From assembly GCA_001784635.1 (NCBI GenBank), contig MFRS01000003.1:30777-94776 (forward strand): DNA of 64,000 nucleotides. Reading direction: 5' to 3'. The position numbers and the translations under genes are program-made. This DNA comes from Candidatus Micrarchaeota archaeon RBG_16_49_10. GTDB lineage: Archaea; Aenigmatarchaeota; Aenigmatarchaeia; CG10238-14. Shown here piece by piece: positions 56,910-64,000 of this stretch (the stretch's first letter is position 1; every line of letters starts with the position of its first letter). The notes under the pieces are model-generated. The model saw nothing but the letters and a program-made list of their open reading frames with translations, was not told the DNA's origin and ran no database searches.

Positions 56910-58142
56910 TCAATAAATCAACCCATAGACAAGCCATGTGAAGCCGGCAAAGTAAAGGGTTGTTGTCAGCATCAAATACCCCATATTGCTCGTTCTTTTG
57001 ACCCCCCAGGCTATAGGCAGGATGCCGATGCAGGTTGAAATAATCAGTATAAAAATACCTACCAATCCACTCAATATCAGGACCATAAGTACTGTGAAAA
57101 CCAATATCCAAATCGAAAGCACCTTGTAATTTATAGTCTCTAGGAAAGTCAGGCATTTTTTGCCTAGAAACCACGTGAAGAGCACGGAAAAACCCGCTGA
57201 AAACAGCACGACGCCTATGGAAAAAAGCAACTCCTTGGCTGTAAACACATCCACGACCTCTTTAATTGCAGCCGAAGATCCAGAGCGAATCTTGTCAAAA
57301 CTGTAGAGCGAGATAAGCGCAAAAAACATATTGGAGGAGTTGATGCCAGCTAGAGACCCAAGGAACTCCTTTTGTTCCATCCTAGTTATACACGACATGA
57401 GCACCCCAGCTTGGGACTCCCCTGCCCCAGGAAGGACACCTATCAACAACCCAGCGATTAAAGAGGACAAAACAATCTTTTTGATGTTCCCTACCTCAAA
57501 AAAACCGTCAGCTATCTGCTTCGGTATTTTACTTTGCTCGTTCAGGCTCAATAATATCCCTGCCACCCCAAACATACCTGTAAGCGAAGGAAAAAGAGCC
57601 TTATCAGCGCTTATCATCACGGAATTTAGCGTGAGTATTCCCCAAAAACCGGAAATCACATATAAAAGAATAGAACAAAACATTTTCTTCCAACTCTTTT
57701 CGAGTAAAATCATCCACAATGTGAGGCCGGCCAGCAGATAGTGAAGATACGGATACAAATGATTGTTCAAAATAGGTATGAAAAAGATTAAAATCGGGAG
57801 CATTATTATGCAAAAAATTAGAGTGAAAAAAGACCCGCAAAGGCTAATGAAAAGGGCATCCAACCCTTTCCCCTCGAGAACCATTCTGTGGCCTGGGAGG
57901 ACATTCACAACGGTTTCAGGATCAGGTACGGATAGAAAAATAGCCGGTATGTAGTTAAAAACTATATTGGATGTTGCCACGGCCAATATGAACGCAATCA
58001 GACCATAACCTGTGAATTTTGACAGAAAGGGCATCAGTGATATCAGAATAACGAACACCTGATTTGGGTGTACACCAGGGGTGAGGCCGGCCACGAGGCC
58101 CACTAAAAGGCCAATAAAACTAAACACTAGTATGTCAATCAT
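56910..58142 (-). CDS. TctA-family (DUF112) tripartite tricarboxylate transporter membrane subunit-like protein
   Basis: About 12 TM helices. GLTPGVHPN and VLPGAGESQ motifs are typical of TctA. Confidence 0.65.
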   Translation of the reverse strand: MIDILVFSFIGLLVGLVAGLTPGVHPNQVFVILISLMPFLSKFTGYGLIAFILAVATSNIVFNYIPAIFLSVPDPETVVNVLPGHRMVLEGKGLDALFISLCGSFFTLIFCIIMLPILIFFIPILNNHLYPYLHYLLAGLTLWMILLEKSWKKMFCSILLYVISGFWGILTLNSVMISADKALFPSLTGMFGVAGILLSLNEQSKIPKQIADGFFEVGNIKKIVLSSLIAGLLIGVLPGAGESQAGVLMSCITRMEQKEFLGSLAGINSSNMFFALISLYSFDKIRSGSSAAIKEVVDVFTAKELLFSIGVVLFSAGFSVLFTWFLGKKCLTFLETINYKVLSIWILVFTVLMVLILSGLVGIFILIISTCIGILPIAWGVKRTSNMGYLMLTTTLYFAGFTWLVYGLIY

Positions 58143-58275
58143 AATTGTAATATTTTTTTATAAAAATAAAAAACCTTAGAAACTTTTAATATATATATTT
58201 ATAATAATAGAAATAATTTCCTTCGAGCAAGTTTATGGAATTAAATATATATATTAAATAACCAAATTTCTAGAT

Positions 58276-58599
58276 ATGATACCTGGTTTGGATCCTAACA
58301 AGATGCAGCAGATGCTGAAGCAGCTTGGCATGAAGATGGAAGAGTTAAGCTCCTCTAAAGTCATTATAAAAAGGAAGGAGGGGGATATAGTTATAGAAAA
58401 CCCCCAAGTGATCAAGACTACCATGAAAGGACAAATTGTCTACCAAGTTTCCGGTAGCGTTCAAGAAGACTCTTTTTCCGAAGATGACATAAAACTTGTC
58501 TCTGAGCAGACAGGAGTGAAAGATAAAGAAGAAATCAAAAAGGCGCTAACTGAAACAAAAGGCGATGTCGTGGAAGCCATAATGAAGCTGAAGGGCTAA
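58276..58599 (+). CDS. nac: Nascent polypeptide-associated complex protein (archaeal NAC alpha, with a C-terminal UBA domain)
   Basis: NAC domain followed by UBA-like DDIKLVSEQTGVKDKEEIKKALTETKGDVVEAIMKL. Confidence 0.8.
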   Translation: MIPGLDPNKMQQMLKQLGMKMEELSSSKVIIKRKEGDIVIENPQVIKTTMKGQIVYQVSGSVQEDSFSEDDIKLVSEQTGVKDKEEIKKALTETKGDVVEAIMKLKG

Positions 58600-60305
58600 C
58601 CTTTTTTAAAATACTCGTAGAGTTGTTCCGAAAAGCCAAGCCCTACTAGGATGCCGAAAGCCCCAATCATGGAAATGGTCTTAAAGCTGTCAATCGCGAA
58701 GAAGGAAACAATTAATAGGATGCCCAATCCCAAAACAATATACAAATCTAGATTTCCTAACCTATCTTTTTTAATATTGATGTTATTAAATAAAAATAGA
58801 ATCGAATTTATTCCTGTAGCTAATAAGACCCCCACCAAAAATTTGTTGTCAACAATCACTTTAATAATGAAAAGGTTGAATGACACTAAGAAAAGCGTAA
58901 AAACTGTAAGATAACCAAGTTTGTTCTTGAAGCTATCCTTTTGCAATATTATGAAAACCACTGAAGAGGAAACGGCCACAAATAAAACGACCTTGAAAAT
59001 ACTCGCGGCAACAACTACTAGAGTAACTAGCGTCAACACACCAAGACTTACAACAAAATTAAGCGGCTGTTTATTTCTAAGGAAGGTCACAACCGAAGCG
59101 ATAACAATAAAGGAAAAAATTCCCAAAGAGCTCATATTCAGAAAGCTTTTATCCCTCGTCAATTGCTCTTCACCTATAATCTGGAGTTCCCCTATCCTTT
59201 TTGTGTTTAAAAAAGCAACCAGAGTAGCCATCTTATCCTCGGCCATTTTTCTGTCTTTTTCAAAACCAAAAACTATCAACCTCGAAACTTTCTGTCCGGC
59301 ATCACTCCCAGAAACCGGCATCCTGAGAAATTCCTTGCCGTCTATCGACACAATCATCGGCTCCTTCAAATAGGGTTCTCCTAGGCTATTTATGGTGGAT
59401 TCTTGGTTTTTAGTCACTTTCTCAAACTTTTCAGACCCTTCAGCCGTCAGTTCAACTTGAAACATGAAACCATAGAGGCCTCCTTGTCGGAAGATGTTGC
59501 TGTTTCCAGATCCTGTCAATGCAGTTATTATATCCCCATCTTCAAGGACATTCATCAGGAAATCAGTCTCATTAGCCTCTATTTTGTCTATTTTGAAATC
59601 GACACCATCAACCGTAAGGGAATCTCCTTCCCCGAAACTAGAGCCTTGGAAAACAACAGTGCCATTATCAACTTGGAACTCGTACTTGCTTTCAGAAAGC
59701 TGAATTGTACTAACCCCATTCTTCAATTTTACCTTCTGTATAAGGCCGAAATTAACTATTCCCGGCTCTATTATCTTTTTTATTTTGCTCTCATCGCTAG
59801 GCGTGAAGCTTAGCTCTATCTTATCGCCCGCCTCTATCTTGAATTCAGAAACCCCAATTATCTTGGCTCTTTCGGAGATTTTATCAGAGATAATTTGGAC
59901 GTCACCCATAGGGGTTGCCCCAATCGGCTTTAGTATTATTTTTTTCCCACCGTTAAGACTCAAACCGAAGATTATAGGATTCTCTTTCAGGCTGGCTACC
60001 TCCAAAATTAACTCCTTATCAGCTGGAACCGCGCACATTCTTGGATTGCCGTCCACTATGAAATTATAGCTCTCCCCTCTCTTTTCAATTTCCTGATAGA
60101 AACCCTCGACACTGGCAACTTTCCTACCATTTACACTTGTGATGACCGAACCTTCAGTCAGACTCTCTTGGCAGGCCGAATCCTCTGAGACTGAAACAAC
60201 CAAAACACCCGATTTGCTGAAAAAAACCGGGTAAATAACAAAAATTACAGAAAGGAAAATCATTAAAAGGAAAACAGAAACATGAACCTTACCTTGTATT
60301 TTCAT
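58596..60305 (-). CDS. Membrane protein with an N-terminal TM anchor, a large extracytoplasmic domain and 4-5 C-terminal TM helices
   Basis: 569 aa. Hydrophobic N-terminus VSVFLLMIFLSVIFVIYPVFF. C-terminal TM cluster. No confident family. Confidence 0.45.
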   Translation of the reverse strand: MKIQGKVHVSVFLLMIFLSVIFVIYPVFFSKSGVLVVSVSEDSACQESLTEGSVITSVNGRKVASVEGFYQEIEKRGESYNFIVDGNPRMCAVPADKELILEVASLKENPIIFGLSLNGGKKIILKPIGATPMGDVQIISDKISERAKIIGVSEFKIEAGDKIELSFTPSDESKIKKIIEPGIVNFGLIQKVKLKNGVSTIQLSESKYEFQVDNGTVVFQGSSFGEGDSLTVDGVDFKIDKIEANETDFLMNVLEDGDIITALTGSGNSNIFRQGGLYGFMFQVELTAEGSEKFEKVTKNQESTINSLGEPYLKEPMIVSIDGKEFLRMPVSGSDAGQKVSRLIVFGFEKDRKMAEDKMATLVAFLNTKRIGELQIIGEEQLTRDKSFLNMSSLGIFSFIVIASVVTFLRNKQPLNFVVSLGVLTLVTLVVVAASIFKVVLFVAVSSSVVFIILQKDSFKNKLGYLTVFTLFLVSFNLFIIKVIVDNKFLVGVLLATGINSILFLFNNINIKKDRLGNLDLYIVLGLGILLIVSFFAIDSFKTISMIGAFGILVGLGFSEQLYEYFKKG

Positions 60306-60370
60306 TTAAACCAACAACATTTTTAATTATTAAAATTTATTTTATAAAGTTTAAGTTTATTTAGATTAAG

Positions 60371-61378
60371 ATGTCAGCCCTTTTTATAGCTTTGGTAGTG
60401 GCTTTTTTGGCGACATTCTTTTCTGCTAAGTATTTCATCACCAAATTTAAGGCAATAGGGCTTGTTAGCACGGACATCAACAAGAAAGAGAAGCCTATAG
60501 TCCCTGAAATGGGTGGGATAGCCATATTTTTCGGGATGATGCTCGGCCTTTCGATAATAATATTGGCTGGGGCCAAAAACACCATAGAGCTTTTGGCTGT
60601 CTTGTCTACAGTCCTCCTTTCAACGGTATTCGGCATTCTGGACGGTATATTCGGGTATTTGGGGTATGAGGGCAAGATAACAAGAAAATCAAGAAAATGG
60701 AAAAGGGGGATAACACAATTACAACATGCCATTTTCCCTTTACTGTGTAGCATACCACTAATAGCAATAAAGGCCGGGCACTACTCAATGGCACTCCCAC
60801 TGATTGGCGATGTTAATTTAGGTCTTTTGTACCCTTTTCTAATAATCCCGCTCATAGTTACAATCTACAATAATGCCTTCAACATGATAGCCGGCATGAA
60901 TGGTTTGGAGGCCGGTTCTGGTTTAATTATATCTTTAGGGCTTTTAGTGTGTGGTATCATCTTAGGCCAGAATATTGTCATAACTTTATCCTCGCTTCTT
61001 GCAGTTTGCTTGTTAGCGTTCCTATTTTTCAATTTCTACCCCGCAAAAGTGTTCCCAGGGGATATAACACCTTTCATAGTGGGGTCTGTCTTGGCCAGTG
61101 CTATTATACTTGGGAATATAGAGAAGGTGGGCGTCATAATAATAGGGCTTTACTATTTGGAGTTCCTTCTGAAGCTCCGTAGCGGGTTCAAGGCGCAGTC
61201 CTTTGGCGTTGTGCAGGAAGACGGAAGTTTAAAGGCCCCTCATGAAAAGATATACTCTCTTACCCATTTGGTCATGAAGTTAGGCGGCGGCAAGCTCAAG
61301 GAAAGACAAATCGTCACTATCATAATATTGCTTCATTCAATACCAATTCTTTTGGCGCTCCTGACGCTCAGTTTTTGA
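60371..61378 (+). CDS. aglH: UDP-GlcNAc:dolichyl-phosphate GlcNAc-1-P transferase family (GT4 phosphoglycosyltransferase, AglH/WecA/MraY-like)
   Basis: NAFNMIAGMNGLEAG motif and 10 or more TM helices. Confidence 0.75.
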   Translation: MSALFIALVVAFLATFFSAKYFITKFKAIGLVSTDINKKEKPIVPEMGGIAIFFGMMLGLSIIILAGAKNTIELLAVLSTVLLSTVFGILDGIFGYLGYEGKITRKSRKWKRGITQLQHAIFPLLCSIPLIAIKAGHYSMALPLIGDVNLGLLYPFLIIPLIVTIYNNAFNMIAGMNGLEAGSGLIISLGLLVCGIILGQNIVITLSSLLAVCLLAFLFFNFYPAKVFPGDITPFIVGSVLASAIILGNIEKVGVIIIGLYYLEFLLKLRSGFKAQSFGVVQEDGSLKAPHEKIYSLTHLVMKLGGGKLKERQIVTIIILLHSIPILLALLTLSF

Positions 61379-61383
61379 AATAC

Positions 61384-62040
61384 CTAAGAGTATAGGTCAT
61401 CTAAAATCCACTTTGCGGCCTCAAGGAAGTTCTCAACTATCTGGATTCTCCCTTTAAGTTTTGGTTTGTTCATCAATTTTTCGACTTTCCCCTTTTCTTT
61501 ATCATTTGATCCGTTAAGAACTAAGACCGATTTTCCACCTGCATTGATACCCATCTCAATGTCCTGCTTCAAATCCCCAATCATGTATATAACTGAATTC
61601 CCGATTTTATTCCCATCGGCTTCAACAACATTTTTCATCATCCCAATATCCGGTTTCCTTCTGGGAGTTCTCAACTTGACATATTTCCAGTCAACGTTAC
61701 TGAGGCTAAGTCTACCTTCAAGTGCTCTTCTAATGACATATCCAAAAAGAGGGACATGAAATGACAACTCATATCCATCAATTCTGCCCCCGGCCTCCCT
61801 AGTAATTTTCATTATGTACTCTGTAATTTCTCTGGCCCTTCCCTCTGAAAAATAACCAATAGCAACACCGGACTGGTTCGAAGCTATGTGGATTTTTATC
61901 TCATCTCGCCCACCCAACAACCTCAATCCATCAATAACCCCACCATGAAACTCTAAATTGTCGGCCCAATTGTCATCTCCCCCATAGTAACCCAAATCCC
62001 GGTTTAATGTACCATCTCTATCAACAAAGATGTAAATCAT
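61384..62040 (-). CDS. gmhB: HAD-IIIA phosphatase, D,D-heptose 1,7-bisphosphate phosphatase (GmhB)-like
   Basis: Motif I FVDRDGTLN. KPDIGMM and GDLKQDIEMGINAG motifs. The start was set at the internal ATG 62040. Confidence 0.65.
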   Translation of the reverse strand: MIYIFVDRDGTLNRDLGYYGGDDNWADNLEFHGGVIDGLRLLGGRDEIKIHIASNQSGVAIGYFSEGRAREITEYIMKITREAGGRIDGYELSFHVPLFGYVIRRALEGRLSLSNVDWKYVKLRTPRRKPDIGMMKNVVEADGNKIGNSVIYMIGDLKQDIEMGINAGGKSVLVLNGSNDKEKGKVEKLMNKPKLKGRIQIVENFLEAAKWILDDLYS

Positions 62041-62101
62041 TTTAATCGTCTCGGCGTTAATTGTGATATTTATTAGGAACAAATAACCATAAAATACGAA
62101 T

Positions 62102-63142
62102 TTATTCGCTGTAAATCACTCTTCCCCCCCTTACCTCCCTTTCAATCTTGTAGGGGATTTGCATGATGTCTATTCCTAACTTTTCCCTAGCTCTTCTACT
62201 AAACCTGTCATTGAAACCCTCCCTAGAGTCGCCTTCCACATAAACTAAAAATGCCCCTCCAAGGCCAGCCCCTGACAGCTTAGCTCCAGTCGCCCCCTCT
62301 TCCTTGGCAATGGCATACAATTCATCCACGACGTTATTGGTGACATCACCCAGTTCCCTTTTAAGCTTCCACCCTTTATCCAAAAGTTCCCCGATAGAAC
62401 TCAAATCCCCTTTAACTAGCTTCTCATAACCTTCCTTCGCCAAACTCCTCAAACCTTCTAAATATTCCAGATTCCTTTTGGCGTTCATCCCCTGTGTCTT
62501 GAGGCTTTTTTCTGCCGATTTTACCCTGTTTATACCAGTATAATATAGGATTAGAGAACCTTCTATTTCCTCGAAAGCTTCTTCGGATAGTGGTAAAGGA
62601 TTGATCAAGACTTCCCCTTCTGGTAAAAATCTTATGTAATTGGCTCCCCCATAGGATGAAGCATATTGGTCCTGCTTCCCGCAGTGCTTCCCTAAAATCT
62701 CCCTCTCAATTTTGTAAGCTTTTCTGGCTATACCCTCTTGGGTCACATCTTTCCCTACTAATTCATACAACGCAAGTAAAGTCGCTACGGTTACAGCAGC
62801 TGATGAACCAAGGCCAGACTGAGCTGGTATCTGACCTGTGAAATTTATTTCTATTCCATAGGACAAATCCGGGTCAACGAGCTTTATAGCCTCCCTAACC
62901 AAGTCATGCCCTAGTTCTTCTAGGTAGTCTACCTCCTCAGGATTTCCGGACCAACCAACCCTTATTTTTTTGTCGTAATACCTAGGAGTTAAAATGGCAG
63001 TTACCCCCAAGTCCGTCGTGAAGCTGACAACAGCGCCCCCTTCGTTTAATATAGTGAAGGCTTCCGGTAAATCTGTCGCCCCTCCGAATAAGCTAATTCT
63101 GTAAGGAGCTTTAGCAATAATAAGTCTTTTATGACGAGCCAT
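62102..63142 (-). CDS. hddA: GHMP-family sugar kinase, D-glycero-D-manno-heptose 7-phosphate kinase (HddA, COG2605)-like
   Basis: N-terminal APYRISLFGGATDLP, GHMP motif PAQSGLGSSAAVTVA and C-terminal GAKLSGAGLGG. Confidence 0.65.
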   Translation of the reverse strand: MARHKRLIIAKAPYRISLFGGATDLPEAFTILNEGGAVVSFTTDLGVTAILTPRYYDKKIRVGWSGNPEEVDYLEELGHDLVREAIKLVDPDLSYGIEINFTGQIPAQSGLGSSAAVTVATLLALYELVGKDVTQEGIARKAYKIEREILGKHCGKQDQYASSYGGANYIRFLPEGEVLINPLPLSEEAFEEIEGSLILYYTGINRVKSAEKSLKTQGMNAKRNLEYLEGLRSLAKEGYEKLVKGDLSSIGELLDKGWKLKRELGDVTNNVVDELYAIAKEEGATGAKLSGAGLGGAFLVYVEGDSREGFNDRFSRRAREKLGIDIMQIPYKIEREVRGGRVIYSE

Positions 63143-63218
63143 AACATTAATTCCAAAAACAATCTTTAATAGAAAGCCGGAATCAAAATAGAAATAGATA
63201 AAAATATCATTTATTTCG

Positions 63219-63950
63219 ATGATAGAGTCTAGTGTTTCTATTGTTTTGCCTGTCTATAATGAAGAAAGAATACTTGAAAAAAATTCTTTAAAAGTTTTGG
63301 ATTATTGTGAAAATATATTCAAAAAATTTGAAATAGTCATAGCTGATAACGGTTCCACTGATAAGACACCAGATATAGGGAGAAATTTAGCCAAAAAATA
63401 TAAAAAAATCAAATACCTTCGTTTGGAGAAACGGGGCAGAGGGAGAGCATTAAAAACGGCATGGACAATCTCCAAAGCAGATATATTTTGTTACATGGAC
63501 GCGGACCTTGCTACCGATTTGAAGCATCTTGAACAATTGATCAAACTAGTTGAAGAAGGGTATGATATAACGTACGGTTCGCGGCTCTCTAAAGAATCAA
63601 AAGTTGAGAGATCGGCAAAAAGAAATTTACTTTCAATAGGTTATAATTTTCTTTTCCGTATAGCCTTTAACACAAAAATTGCCGATCCTCAATGTGGTTT
63701 TAAAGCCGTAAATAAAACAATTGTTAAAAAAATAGTACCTCTTGTGAAGGAGAAAGGTGGGCCTTTTGACGCTGAACTTTTGCTGATTTCTGAGAGATTG
63801 GGTTATAAGCTCAAAGAAGTTCCGGTGAAATGGGCTGATACGCGCCTATTGGACGGGGAAAAATCCCGTTTCAACCTTTTTGAAGAGACAAAAAAACACA
63901 TAACTCTAATCTGGCGCCTAAGAAAAAATATCAAAACAATTAAAAATTAA
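63219..63950 (+). CDS. GT2-family glycosyltransferase (dolichyl-phosphate mannose/glucose synthase-like)
   Basis: SIVLPVYNEE, ADNGSTD and the DAD motif (YMDADL) are typical of DPM1-like GT2 enzymes. Confidence 0.75.
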   Translation: MIESSVSIVLPVYNEERILEKNSLKVLDYCENIFKKFEIVIADNGSTDKTPDIGRNLAKKYKKIKYLRLEKRGRGRALKTAWTISKADIFCYMDADLATDLKHLEQLIKLVEEGYDITYGSRLSKESKVERSAKRNLLSIGYNFLFRIAFNTKIADPQCGFKAVNKTIVKKIVPLVKEKGGPFDAELLLISERLGYKLKEVPVKWADTRLLDGEKSRFNLFEETKKHITLIWRLRKNIKTIKN

Positions 63951-64000
63951 GCTGTTAATAATAATCACATGAAATACGACGGGCTTTTCCTTATTTTTTT

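Noticed and set aside
1-64000. CRISPR arrays or cas genes
   Set aside because: No series of evenly spaced 25-40-nt direct repeats was seen anywhere. The only tandem or near-tandem repeats are the ORB-like elements and short AT-rich microsatellite-like runs (ATAATA) in the DUE.

Overview
This window appears to be an archaeal chromosomal segment, with moderate GC content and AT-rich spacers. The evidence is aEF-1alpha and aEF-2, a split RpoB (B''/B'), RpoH, RpoA'/A'', L7Ae/S28e/L24e/L30e, aIF2alpha, Orc1/Cdc6, family-B PolB, Hel308, archaeal DnaG, Hjc and an archaeal CCA-adding enzyme.

It contains two conserved core operons:
- Minus strand, 3.3-16.4 kb: the rpoH-rpoB''-rpoB'-rpoA'-rpoA''-L30e-NusA-S12-S7-EF2-EF1a-S10 cluster.
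- Plus strand, 33.0-36.0 kb: the L7Ae-S28e-L24e and S13-S4-S11-RpoD clusters.

Other content includes:
- A tRNA-centric neighbourhood at 22-32.5 kb: ThrRS, a YbaK-like deacylase, a methyltransferase, TtuA/NcsA, Elp3, CCA-adding enzyme and GluRS.
- DNA ligase, aIF2alpha/PAC2, S2, LemA/HtpX, MazG-like, TrmI, Hel308, DnaG and Hjc.
- A textbook oriC at 51.6-51.85 kb: inverted ORB-like elements flanking an AT-rich DUE immediately upstream of orc1/cdc6, followed by an OB-fold protein and polB.
- A glycosylation cluster at 60.3-64 kb: an AglH-like GT4, a GmhB-like phosphatase, an HddA-like kinase and a GT2.

Seven tRNA genes were found by eye. Five carry introns. Two of them (Gln and Leu-TAA) appear to carry two introns each, including non-canonical positions.

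The most notable unexplained features are:
- The multi-intron tRNAs.
- A remnant att-like direct repeat of the tRNA-Leu 3' end enclosing a truncated MFS gene.
- The oriC/ORB architecture plus a second ORB-like repeat pair downstream of polB.
- A B-subunit-like OB-fold protein between cdc6 and polB.
- A bacterial-type HPF-like ORF.
- A small accessory island at 44.8-48.2 kb.

All calls rest on reading the sequence and ORF translations by eye. No searches were run.
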